DNA of 59,836 nt, the filler included, from Catajapyx aquilonaris (lineage: Eukaryota): the NCBI GenBank assembly GCA_000934665.2. It is 3 parts of 3 records of this genome, joined end to end, with 100 filler letters (N's around TTAATTAATTAA, not from the genome) between each part and the next. Parts side by side here need not be neighbours in the genome. Positions count along the whole stretch, not along the records: positions 19,983 to 39,870 come from JYFJ02006375.1; positions 39,971 to 59,836 come from JYFJ02006376.1; 1 more part is not named here. One strand, 5' to 3'. How positions within the stretch are numbered: position 1 is the stretch's first letter; every line of letters begins with the position of its first letter. This document shows, piece after piece, positions 37,066 to 50,800 of this stretch. The notes beneath the pieces are model-generated. The model was not told where the DNA came from. It worked only from the letters and a program-made list of their open reading frames with translations, and made no database searches. The position numbers were made by a program, and so were the translations under genes.

Positions 37066-38396
37066 GAGAAAAATAGTACAAATGGAAGAGTTCCAGACAA
37101 AAAAATTGGGAGAAATCCCCCCCTAGAAAAGCCCGGCAGGCTGATAATGGGGTATCAAATTATTAAAAAATTATTATCAAATTATTATTGTTACACCCGT
37201 GCATTGTTGGATCCAGGTCCATATATGGTTCAAACGCGGGGTTGTTTACCAGGAGGCTGCCCGACTATTAAGATAATAAACTGCATGGTCAGCAGAGACA
37301 TGAGCAGTGTGGACATTGTCTTCAAAACAGGGGCGTAGGTCGTACATGCCTGGGGGCAACTGCCTGGTATGCAACCAGAGGGTTTAAAAGGGGGTGACCG
37401 CCCCAGAGCAGCGTCTTTTTATTTTGATCGGTCGAGAGTGAGTGAACAGTGAGGATCACGGGCATGTAATTGCTTGATTGATTGTTAATAAACTTCTGTT
37501 ATTGACCCATCGTCCTTCTTTGAGATACCATTGGAGCCAATCCCAGGTCAGCAAAGGTCAAAGTGCAACAGTATGGTCCCAAGGTCATTCCTACAAAATT
37601 TCATGCTTTTATCACCAAGTGCACTGGCGACCTTTGACATGGAAGGCAACAATAAAAACAAAATCCATCGATTGCAGCATATCAAACCAATTATTTTAGT
37701 TCAGAAACCAAACTGCCGTAATTTTGCTATTGTCCTTTCAAGTGTGCCCATTAAAGGGTTAATAACAGAATATGCCACCATAACCAATAAAAGGTGGACT
37801 CAAAATTTGCGCTCTATGTGACGTTGTCACCACCTAGCTCTTAACTGTGGCTGTCTGGGTATTAGAATATGTAAAGGTGGGACAACTCTTGAACCCACAT
37901 TTGATGTGGAATGTGGGCTGTTCTTGACCCACGACTAAACAATAAGACAAACACAGATGGCAATCAGGAAGCCAGTACAAGCTGTGTTTCATGTTGGCTT
38001 GGTCAACAAAGACAAGGTCATGTAAGTCACTGACCTTCCTTTGATACTAGTTCCCTGAATATGCAGAAACACACTCAACATGTAGCCAAAGGTGATATCT
38101 GACCCTAATGCCGATGCAGCTTGTGTCATGTGCTTGCCAACTTTGATTACATCTTGTCATTTAATGGTACATGAGAAGACTTGAGCCTTCCAGGCAGCAA
38201 CAGTGTGTGTTGCATCTTGTCTGGAACCAGGAAAAGGCGTGGATTAGGCCCCTGGGTCTTCTTCCCAACCGCTACCCCCACGTTGTCCCCGCCAGCATCC
38301 CGCAAGGGATCTCTTGATGGTTGGGGGATTGAAGCCCTTCCCTTCCCTCCTTCCCAAAGGCCTCTATCTTCATGTTGTTCCTCCAAGTCCTCCTCA

Positions 38397-38436
<40 letters not shown>

Positions 38437-38584
38437 NGGGGGGGGCCTTAAGTCAATTCTGGCATCACTTTAAGTGAGTGAGTTTTTTCTGACACAATGG
38501 AAACATAACTCAAAGTGGCAAGTACTACTAGTTCAACATGGCTAACATGCCTACAGCTGCATATGGGCAGACTTGTGGAACCTT

Positions 38585-38935
38585 AGGGAGGCAAAGTGGC
38601 TGGAGTAACGTATGCTCCCATGGATGTTAAGGTCCCGAGTTCGATCCCAGCCCGGGGTTCCTCCCTTCATCTCGTGCAGAGTTGAACCGTCTCGGGCTTC
38701 GTCTCGGGTGGAATCTCCAACAGACTAATCCACCCGGGGGAGTTCAGAAAACGACTAAGCAGTGACATTACTCTTGCACTTTGCGCATCCCCTCCAAGTC
38801 ACCTTGCCCTTGGACCAGGACCCTTCGCCAAAAGGGCCAAAGATGGCCCAGCACAAAGTAATTATATAAAAAATTTTAAAAAATTAAAAAAAAACAAAAA
38901 GAAACAAGAAAAACAAACAAACAAACAAAAAATTA
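38585..38935 (+). mobile_element. tRNA-derived SINE family B with TSD
   Basis: B-box GAGTTCGATCC and A-rich tail, flanked by the direct repeat AGACTTGTGGAACCTT (38569-38584 and 38937-38952). Confidence 0.8.
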
Positions 38936-39870
38936 AAGACTTGTGGAACCTTTAGACCAAATCCACTGGATTTACAAAACATCGATAGCTCTCAAGATTT
39001 ATCACCTTTGTTGTCAAGCATTTGTTGTAAACAGAGTCTGAAGCTAACAAACCAGCAGAATGGAATTGCATTGCAAGCTGGTAAATGCATAGGACCTAAG
39101 TACACAGCTGTATATTTTACAATGTGAAATTTGTGCACATGGTATGGGGTCACAGAGCATTTAGGTTTCACGACTATGTGGCAACCCTTGTGACGTAAAT
39201 GATGAAGCAAACTTCTACTTGTCTAGAATAAATGAGACACCATGGTATACTGTAGGAACTTACGACTTGAACCACTCAAACAAACGGCATTATGGGTTTC
39301 GTCGCTTTGTCAACTGATGAAAGGGTACTTGACCTGAAAGCCTTCAAGCATTGGATAGAAACGGCTATGAGCTTGACCAAAAACCATAAAACAAACCACG
39401 GAAAAAAAAATTTCACCCCATTATACGGGGCTTGTATCCTTTAAAAAATCAATTATAAGCTAGTGTGATCAGTAAGGTGTGGTGTGATGCTGAGGAGAAA
39501 CTGGGGGAGAGGAACAAGACAAGAATAGTCGAGTAGTCCCAGCTGCATGCTGATTGAAGTTGTGGAATGTGGGCAGCACATTGGCAGGCTTGTAGAAGGG
39601 AACAGCAATGGAGCAAGGCAGGTTCGCTGCATCAATAGGGTGGTGTGCAAAGGATGAAGATTGTTGATTCTCTGTATGACTCTATATGGCAATGTCAGTT
39701 CTGGAACCACCCTCCAGCATCCAGCTTCTTAACCTGACGGCAGTAGCTCAGAGCGTGTTCAGCCAAACTCAAGCATCAGTCACCAAGCTTGCGGGCATAC
39801 TGGTAGCATTGACTGGGGCTTTGGCAGCACATAGTTGCACAAACTGTCAAAGAGAAAATTGGCAAAATTA

Positions 39871-39970
39871 NNNNNNNNNNNNNNNNNNNNNNNNNNNNNN
39901 NNNNNNNNNNNNNNTTAATTAATTAANNNNNNNNNNNNNNNNNNNNNNNNNNNNNNNNNNNNNNNNNNNN
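39871..39970. other. Artificial contig spacer
   Basis: N44-TTAATTAATTAA-N44. Confidence 0.97.
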
Positions 39971-41860
39971 CCTGTAGCTTTCAAAGCTAAAGTATATACT
40001 AAAAAGTCAGTTTATACTGTACAGTACAGTACGTACATTGAGATTATCTACACCTTGAATTGTGCACCTACAGTCAGTAGCACAATTTTGACATTGATCT
40101 TTCAGATCTACGTAGAGAGGGGAGCCATTTGTGATCTCCCAAAGGACAGCCTGAAGACAGTAGCGGTATCTAATTTGATGCATTGATTGGTCACCACTAT
40201 TTTGCTACCATTCATCAGTAGTGCTCACTCTGTGTGTCGATTACAGCAAAATGAAAGCTTTTGATTTTACCTGATGATGATAATCTGGTGCACAATAATT
40301 ATAAACTTACAGTACATTCAACTTCGGTGCTGCTATATTTTAGGATTTGTACATTGTACAATATACAACTTGTATCCATTAATATCAGTATTTACATCCC
40401 TCATTAGACTGATGTACTGCGCACAGGTGAACAATTTATTTCACTATTCATACAAGCATATATTCATGCAAATATTCAAGCACTTGTAGTTTCACAGCAA
40501 GGCCTAAACTATATGCAGCACAGATATATTAATTATTGCAGTTATGGTGTGTTTCAAAAGAGACGGAGTGTACATCTATGTTACATACCTTTTGAACGAG
40601 CTCTGAAGTCCATGCAATGTGCAAAATAGTTGGAATTTTCCATGAGCCCAGCATAATCAGGTAGCATGATTTGTTTCAGGATATACTGTACAACAAACTA
40701 TAAGTCTGCCTCTTACCACCTGTTCTGTAACTTTGTCTCATTGCACAAGCATTGTATACCATACATGTAGTTGGATATAAACATAATCACTTCAATAATT
40801 TCAAGATTACACCTGTTTGCACACAATCAAGGAAGAATAATTAAGCCTAAATGAGGTGATTACACAGTCATAGTCAAAGTGTTGCAAGTGAGAGCCTGAC
40901 ATGAGTGGTTAACAGATCATGGCACAGTTATTTACCCAGTGGTGTAGGAGACACAAGTTGATTTAAATTTAAAGTGTAAATTTTTTCAGAGTAGAATATT
41001 ATGAAACATCATGCACAGTAGTGGGTATTTGCTAATGTTGCAATGAATGTATTATATGAAGAAAATGTTGCTGAATATCTCACGTCATGGTCATGTAATT
41101 GATTATTATGTGTAGGCCCGCCTCCGAAATAAAACGCATGAAAACTAGTGAAGATTCCTAGAATTGTAATTTAATGTACATTAAATGAATACATTTTTTT
41201 TTTCAACGACTTATTTGTCATCTATACGTAAGCACAGCTCACAACTAGATCATACATTATTTTTTTCTTCAGTCATGGCATGTGTGTTATGAAAGGTGCT
41301 AATCTAATTACACTACATATAATGTTGGGATCCACTGACCATTTCTTAAGTATAAAAAATGACAATACACATACACTGTATATAAATGTAGAAATGATTT
41401 TCACAAATGCACATCTAATATGTCTGGTCAAAAGAGCAGAAACCTGCAATTTCAATGCAGGTGAATGCTCAGATTTGTTACGCCCTTAATGCATGACTGG
41501 TACATTAAAAAAACTTGAAGCCTCAAAGCATCCGCCACAAACGATACACAGTGGTCCAGGCATTCACATCTTGCTCACATATGTATACAGTACATGCACC
41601 TATCCCGATTTGCAGAGTATTGTAAAATTAAGTAACTACAGAAGTAGAGAATACTTGAAAAGCTTACTCTTTTGACTACAAGAAATCAACTGTCTTGAAA
41701 TACGTGTTAATGCTTTGGATTTCTGCTGAGATCAATCAGTTTCTCGAACTAATACTCTACTTGACTTGGATAGTGCATGAATTTATTTAAAAATAATAAT
41801 AAGTAGCTGGAATGCCTACATTCAGTAGGCACACAATCATACAAGATCCAAATGTCACAC

Positions 41861-44800
41861 TCAAACCACTGAATCCTTGGAGATGCTAGTTTTGGACTCT
41901 GCGCTCTTCACACTGCTTCCAACATCCATTCCATTCTTCAATGGCGCCGAATCCCTGAAACAAAGGCAACTCTGAAACACCATACAAGCAATTTACAATA
42001 ATTACAGCATCTGCTTTGCCTACCACTCTCTAAGTAAAAGCAATGTATCTCAAATGAGCATGTGCAAGACCAAGGAACCTAGCTGCAGTCACATTGATTT
42101 CATGTAGTTGATTAAGTGCATGTATGTCCAGTACTGAAATATCTCCGTTACCATGTGGGCATAACATCAGGCCAGTAATCCTTCCGCCGAGGTTGTCTTG
42201 GACTTCTAGACATTGGTGCTAGTTGTGGGTCATCCTCGCGGCGGTACAAATTATTGTGTACGTACAGGTCTGACTTGTCAAGGTTGTTCTGCTTTGCAGG
42301 AAAGTTGCTTGGAAACAGGTTTGGATGGCTCGAGATTGAAGGAAGAATGGGTGATTCCTGGATGGCAATATTGTAGGAACGAGGAGGAGTGTGAGCAGAC
42401 CTCCTCGCTGGAGGGGTTGGTCTTCTGCGTCTACATAAAGGAAAACAAAAGAAAACCGCATGCAATTTCAAGTACTCATACTTACTTTGCAAACTACCCT
42501 GCGTCTGATTTTAAATGTTCCAATCATGCAATCTTACATGCTGATGCATAATAATTCAAATAAATGCAATTAAGCACACATGTCACAAACATGCTCCATG
42601 GGAGAACATAAAACACCAGACAGAAATAATGACAAGTCCCAGTCCCTGCTCCTAAACACTCACCTTCAAGCTTCAGGTACATACACCCAGTGGCAACAAT
42701 TAGTTATCAAAATATATTGATGGTAAATTCTTATAGAAGTATCCTTACCCATCGATCATAGGCGTCTTTTCGCAGGAATCTTTGCCCTCGCCTTGCTCTT
42801 CCAGAACTATTTCCGTCACCCCGCTTTTAAGAGGATCTGACTCATTGCTAGGAATAAGAAGTGTTGTCATGTGACCAGCCGACTGCGCAGCACAAAGCAC
42901 GTGGGTATACATTGTATAGAAGAGATTGCCATATGCATGTGCTCTTACCTGGGTTTTAAATTTGAGGCCTGCATGCCATAAAAATATTTAAATATGTGCA
43001 ACATGCCAGGAGGCAGCAGAACAGCACTGAACACTCAAAATAATTAAAATTTTTGCACTTAAATCAAACTATTCTGTGTCGATAAATCAAAAGGCCTCTA
43101 ACTGCACATGGCAACTCTTCAAAAGCATATGTGACTGATGGACACACAGTGACACAAGCAGCAGTGGCCAAGCAAGTGGCGGAAAATACCTGTTAGCTAT
43201 TGCTGCTGCGGATGCCAGTTGTTCCTTCTTCTTCCCCTGACACCTGTCTGATATCATCATCAGGATACCTGCAAGATACAATATTAATTAGCACAATCCC
43301 TTCAGGTCGGCTGGCTGTGGCTTCTCACCTGCATTGTTGCAGCAGTAGCAGAAGAGGTCGATGGCAACCAGGAGAAAGAGAAGGATTCCCACCACTAATC
43401 CAACAATCACTCCATTTGCCAATATCTGCTCCTGGGTGTCCTTGTCCGGAATTGGGAATATTGGGGTTTTACCTGCCAGAGAGTTGGATGTTACAAAGCA
43501 CGCCTTGTCTGGCAAATGTGGATGTGTGCAGGGCACTACCAGGTTTATGTCAAATGCACACTAATATCTAAGATCACTATTAGGGCACGTGCATTTTTTG
43601 TTATCACCAACTAGGACTACAAAAAAATGGACTGCTCTTGCGAAATGGCCCAACACATTAGTGAATTTCGGCCATATTGTACGTGTGACGGACGTATTTC
43701 AATTTAGGGAGGGCTGGATGAAATGCCAAGCAGCAAACATGGTACAATACATGTAAAGCCATGCTGCGCACAATAATAATGCACATATCAGCAGTTGATT
43801 CTGACATAAAGCATTTATACTATCTTACAAAACAGCACCTCTAACGCAACATCATTTACGCTATGATGCCAATCAGAATCACTTGCCTTAGTAATAAAAT
43901 ATTGAGTGAGAAAAAACACTGCATTTGCATATCCATCATATCTGATTTGAAAATACTTAATTCCCAAATCCAATGCTAAAACGACACGTTGTAAATGGGA
44001 AATAGTTTTCCAAACGCAACAATTTAGTGACATGTAAATGTAGCCAATAAAATGTAAAAAACATGAATTTGCAATTTGCAAAAGCATGCAAACTAATGTC
44101 TAAAAATATTCCGACAGTTAAAAGCGCAAATTGGCTCAACCTCACGTTGAGTTTTACAAGCATGAACCCAACACCACCTGTACACAATAATATTACAATT
44201 AATAACCACATCCCTATTTGAAAGGACTAAAAACACTCAACACTCTAAGAGTACATATGAGAACTGCTGTATATGTTACCCCTCTTCCTTGCAGCAGCGT
44301 AAAGAGAAATGTAGAGAAATCCGTTTTTATTGACTTTAGTGCTCCATGATGTGCATTAAAGAGTGTCACCACAATGCCTATAAGCATGCTAACAAGCATT
44401 TGTAAATTTGTTTTAAATACAATGGTAAGAGAGAGAGAAAAGTAGTATAGGAGGGGGTTAGATATAATTCAACATACTTATCTTCGTTCATTAGATATAC
44501 ATATCAAGAATGGGCAAGCATTGACGGATGAGTCCTCTTCTGGACTGGAATGAACTGGCAGAAGACACCAGCAAGTGACATGTATAACCATTGTTTTTCA
44601 GAAGGAGACAACAAGCAGCACTCTTTCATCCATGTATTTTCATAAAATTATCCAATACATCTCGCTGCAGATTAACTACCAGAATCGCTTACATCTCGCC
44701 ACAAACAGCAGCACCCTTCAGTCGTAATGCTGGGTCTGTATAATCCATATCCATCGGCTCGAACTTTGTGAAAACACAGATGCCAGCATAAAACTAGGCA

Positions 44801-47800
44801 AAAAGTCTCCACTCACGACTGAAAGTCTTGTTAACCTCTAATTGCCAAGAAGCTCGGAAAAGGAATATAAAAATTCAACCTCATTTGCACCTCCACGTTT
44901 TTTCCCCTCACTTGCTCTCTTTTTGTTTCACTGTTGCTCACACTTGTATGTTTCAGCAAAGTGTTGTACTTTACAGAAACAGGACTGTGCAAATGGGACT
45001 ACTGAATTATGTCATGCTAGTGTCGGTGTGTACCAACGTACAGTCCACGTGTTTTTTTGTCAGTCGCAATCAACATCTCTCTCACGCTCGCACGTGCTCA
45101 CAATCATGAAATTTACAGTTTCACCCTTTGAAAAATGCAAAGAAATGAACCATTGACACACGCACACACTTACACTATTATTATTGTCAACCAAACTGCA
45201 TGTCAATAAAAACGGATTTTCTTCTCGGTCATTTGAACAGCTGCACAGGAATGTTGGAAAAAAATAATAATAAAGAATGCACCAAACAACAAGTGTAAAT
45301 CCAAGCCATTCATTCAGGGAAAAGTGTTTCTTCCCCAACAGTATATACTCCACGTGAACACCTAATCTGCATGCTTCCGATCAATCGAATGATCAGTCTG
45401 ATCAGTATTTGTTGAAGTCTTCTGTACACGTGCCTCTACATTCACAAAAGGAAAATTAATCAGGAAAAGCAACAGCCAAGTGAACAATGAATTCCAGCTG
45501 TCCGCCTTTTTTTAAAAAAAAGGTAGGAACGAAACCAAAAGAAATGCACATCAAGCCCCCTTTCGAAACATGATGAAGTTGGCTTTTTAAGAATGACTTA
45601 AAACATTACACATGTGTTCCAGACATACCATCAATGACAAAGACCTCATGCAATCTTCACACACTCTTGGGTTATATACAAACGAACTCAATCTAGAGCT
45701 TACCCAAAGAATACGTCTTATTGTGATTCTCTTTTTTTTTTTCGTCGTCCCAATCCCTAAAATATTTTGAGTTATAGCACAATAGTCACTACCTTGATTC
45801 ACAAATACCTAGAGGACAAACACACAATGCAACTGAGAGGCTGACATTATCATTAGTAATATTGTTATTATTTATAATTTTTTCTTCTTCTGCAGACTAA
45901 GTCCTCAAGAATGGTGTCTTTATGCGCAAATGTAAAAGGCAAAACGTCTTGGGGAGGATCTAAACATAAGTCGACTTGATAACCACCCAATTCTAAACCG
46001 AACACACAGCGACTATGAAAAAAGACGGGGCGAACAAGCGTTTGAGCCACACACACACATCCAAAAATGACTAGAGCAAGGAAAAACACAACGTCATCTT
46101 TCATCATGATTGGTTATGGCAACAAAGTTTTGAAAAGTCCTGCGCACTTGAAACCTGAGATTCCAATGGTTCATTGAAATCTTGCCCTCTCGCATTTCAA
46201 TGCCCCTTGACACCCCCCCCCCCCTCCCACCCTCCAATGGCAGTGCAGCAAACCAACTCCAACAAAGGGACACCGCCCCAGTTCAGGAGATGCACGAAAT
46301 CTCATATAAGCAACACTCATGAACCAGTCACACCTATACTGTCCATTACCTTTTTTTTGGCATTAGAGGCCTCTTAAAATTACGTGTTTGAGCTTCCCAC
46401 ACTTGTCGATCTTATGTTGCACTTGGAATACACAAAAATAATTGCGCAAAAAACACAGGTTTACAGTAGTTTGTTAATAACTTAGTGAGGGAGACTTAAC
46501 AACAGGAAAGAAGTGAAAAATGCTGAACATTATTTTTTGGGATCTGATCCCTGCCTGGCATTGACTTAAGCTCGAATCCCTGCACCTGTATTACAGGCAG
46601 CCTTTTTCTCATCTCTGCACAACAACACTCCACAGTCCAGCAACAATTCGGTTTGGCATGTCATTGTTGTACCGACGGAAGAAAATGAAAAAAAAAAAAA
46701 TGAGTCTACTACTAAATGCCTTCCCAGTGGGAACAAATTAATCACTCATCGACTGGTTCTGTTTCATAAGAGTTCCTGTCGATCTTTTTTTTTCCCAAGC
46801 ACCACCACATAAAGAAACACGTCCTCATTCACTCCGGCACAATTCTGATGTGTCACATGCGTTTAGAGCTCTTATTATTATATATCTGTTTCTCTTTTTT
46901 TTTACCTCGGGAATGTGAGAATATGCATTTTGTAGTGGCAGTCACAAGAATGACCCACATGCAGAAATGGGGGAACTAAAAACATTACTTCTGGTATGTG
47001 TCGGGGAGGGATCCCTGAATATTACTCTTTTTTTTTGTGTCGCAGGTTACTGGCCCTTTCTTTTTGATCCCATTATTGCTTTATTGGCTGCTCCCCTTCC
47101 CATATCCTAAAACTGGCAATAATCCACACTTCATGAAAACAAACGAGTCCTGTGATTATTTTTTTCCTGCACAACCTCGGTCTGCTCAGCCACTGACACT
47201 GACACCCTATTAAGGTGCGGTTATAGAATTTTTTTTGGTGCTTTTTTTCAGGGGAATGACTTATGGTTCTATACTCTTAATGTTGGCTGCTGAATGAGGT
47301 GACGAGAGTAAGGCAAACAAGGAGGAAGAGGACATGGATATCCTCAGTCAATGCTGAGGAAGTATCTGTGCTCGGTTGACTGTCGGAAGGACTACCTGAT
47401 CGGGTGGGATCTACAAGAGAAAGAGACAGAAAAAAATACGGCACAGGTCAAACACTACCATACACAATAGACAACAACAACAATGATGGATGGGGTACAA
47501 GGTTGAGTGCAATCAAAACAATACAAGAAGACAAGAACAGAACATGGGAAGAGTACTAACTGCAACAGAACAGTTGACGACAGTTACAATGTTAGTTACT
47601 TGTTTCATGGAGGTTACAGTTGCATGCTGATAAATTGAGAAACTGTTATTCAAAAATTGGTACAAAAACTCCTCAATAATACTGCAACAACTAGCAATTC
47701 ACACACCTTACTGCAATGAACTCATTGTCAGTGCGGTGAGGACAAAAAGTTCGTTCAGTTGCATAAGTTTCAGTGGTGCTTAGGTTACACTGCAATGTGT

Positions 47801-50800
47801 AATGTCAATTACAGATTACTCAGACAATGCCACTGAGACTTAGCAAGTACATCTATTTATAAACTGAAGTAAAAAAGGAAGAAAACTAAAGTTGATAGCA
47901 GACTAATCTGAAATCGAAATGGGAAATCTTGTCCAAGGTAGTTTGTATTTGCAGATTATCTAAGAACTACTTGAAGTAAAATCTGATTCCATTTCAGAGG
48001 TATAAAGCAAAACCTTAAATGAGAGTCTGGAAGTAAAATGTGCACATGGGGTGAAGGCAGGTTTATAATAATTATGATTTAAGTGGATGCATACCCCTCG
48101 CTGTCTTCACTATGACCTCTCCTGGAATGCTGTTTCCAATGAGGTTGTGAGCCCTAAGCTCCACCTTGTAGTGAGTCTCAGGCTTCAGGTTGTTCAACTC
48201 GTAAGCAACAGTCCCAGGCTGCAACACTTCTACCTCGATCCACTGCCCCCTTGGCTGCCACACTCCAGAAATGTTCTTCACCTGCAAACACAAGGGAATT
48301 AATATGCTTTGGACCAATCACCCCAAAAGCAAGTGGGCCAGACACTCACTGGACAGTAGTTGACTAAGAACTTGTCAATAGGCTCTCCATTGTCAGGTGG
48401 GATAGTCCACCGGAGGTCGTACTTGTCTGGGTATGGGGAGATGACCACCCCAGAAATGACGGTGCCCTGCAGGATGGTAGGCTCTGCTGGAGCAGATCTC
48501 TTCGGCATTGTTCTAGACTGCTCCATGTCCCAGCGGCCAAAGCCAACAGCATTTTCTGCCGCAAACCGGAATGTATATGTCCAAGTCGGTTCCAATCCCT
48601 CAAGAATGTAGGGGACATCTGCAGAGAAACACCCCTTGGTCACTACTATGCACACTCTATATCAGGATATAACACAATACCTGGACTTAATTTAAGGCTA
48701 CCAATTTAATAAATGATTAAATGGCTACCAACAAAGTACACATGAATAAATTGAACCATTTCTGTCTGAACGAATTACAAGTTACTGCTCAAGCTTTCAT
48801 TCTCCTTTGTGAAATGTGTGATTCACCTATCACACCATATCATGCTTTGTCCATGACTTACCCAAAGGCCACACTTTCCTCTTGGCATTCTCCCAGATCT
48901 CCCCATTCTCCTTGTATTCAACTCCATAGGCTGTGAGTGGCAGTCCACCAGTGTCACCAGGTCCAAAGAATTCAAAAGTGATTGTGGTTGCCGTCACCTT
49001 GTCAAACCTGACTTGCAACACAGAGCTGGGGGGACGTGCCTCCTTTAGACTCAGGTCGTACTTGACCTCTCCAAGTTTGTTGGTTGCTTTGCATGTGTAC
49101 ACCCCATAATAGTAGCTGTCAGCTGGGGTGACCCTTAAGGTACTGGCAGGTCCATAGCTCAGCTGCCTCAGGTTGCGTCCACTCCGATCCACCTGCTCAA
49201 TTGGACGTCCTTCAAACTCCCATGCAATGGTCGCATTTGGTATGGATTCAGCCACACAGGTCAAGTTCACTGGGTTGTTGTCCCATGACCATGCCTCCTT
49301 CATCGGGGAGTTGGCAAAGGATGGAGGAAACTCCACTGTTAGATGCCCATTCACACGGGTCTCAGCACCAGTGTTAGAAGCAATGCAGGCATACAGGCCG
49401 TCGTCAGATCGCAGGAGCTCCGTAATGTCCAGGCTACCAATAGTCACCTTTCGCTGAGTGTCTCTGTCTGAACTGACCTGCGTTTCAGAAGAGGGAGGGA
49501 GAGAATAAATACATGAATATATTGCTCCTGCACCAAGTTACTGTGTGAAGCCTATTATCAAAATAGACTATTCCACCAACCTGTATCCTCTCATCGGCAG
49601 GCTGTATACCAGGAGTGAAGGGGGAAGGGTTGCTGAGCTTCCAGAAGGAGATCTCCGGAAGGGGCTCTCCAGTGGCCTTGCAAGTGAGCCTGGCGTCCTT
49701 CCCGACCTCGACGCTGATGTTCATGAACTCCTCCACCTTTGGCTTCAGGATGACCGTCAGGTATGCCCTCTTCTCCGCTGTTCCGGCCCTGTTCTTGGCG
49801 ATGCACTTGTAGTAGCCCCCATCGTCCTTGTGTATGTCCGCGATGGACATGGTGCCGTCCAGCTTGTTGACGGTGAATCGGGGAAGAGTGCTCACGTCGT
49901 CCCCTCTGTTGTTCACCCACCTGTACGACGGCTCTGGTCTGCCCGTCGCCTTGCACTTCATTGTCACACTGTTTCCCTCGATGGCCTTCTCATCGGGAAG
50001 GTCGCCAGGAATAGTTGGAGACACAATCACCTGCAAAAAGGACATGGATGAGACATGCTATACCAAGTCCATGGGCCACTATATGTCCACACCAACATGA
50101 TTTCTCTAACAAGCACTGTTGAAAGTATTATGAACAGTGCGAATCTATGCTGTCCCAATATCCCGTCCGAATAGAGAAATTTTGACGACAAAATTGAACC
50201 TACATGACATAGCACGGGCTGGCGTAACTGCCTAGCTATCAATCACCAGTCGAAACCCCGTCATCATTGTACAGTGCCGCACAAAAGGCAATAGCCCCGT
50301 GTTGTCACTGCAACATGTTTTGTCTGAGCCACGATTGGAAATATTCGCGTCCAGATTATGGCAGCGAAAACAATATTCCGTCAAGCACAGCCACATGAAT
50401 TGAGCCTCCAACAACAATACGCGTAATGGCATCATAATGGGCCGATTTCAGTTGGGTTTAAATAAAATGCAAAGCAGCCAATTGAACATCCATTTGCTGC
50501 GGATCATGCAGGACACTCACCTCCAAAGTGATGTCCTTGTAGTCCAACTGTCCCGTCTCTGTCACACGTGCCCGACATGTGTACACACCTTCGTCGTCCA
50601 TTGCCACATGCTTGATTGTAAGTCCTTCTGCGCTTATGGTGTACCTTCCACCTGCAACAAATTCATCGTCAATAACTGATGTCCAGCAAGTTCCGATAAT
50701 CCGTACCTGGCACCAGCACTTCCTTGTTTCTCAGCCAGTCCACAATCGGAGGAGGGCTGGCCATCACATGACACTGGACGGTGTCATCAGTTTCGAATTT

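Noticed and set aside
37478..39870. Possible minus-strand gene or MULE/PHD remnant (WLHVECV, acidic stretch)
   Set aside because: Frames are heavily broken and no family could be assigned with confidence.
49545..50100. Long + strand and alternate-frame ORFs overlapping Fas2 exons
   Set aside because: These are shadows of GC3-rich Fas2 coding sequence.
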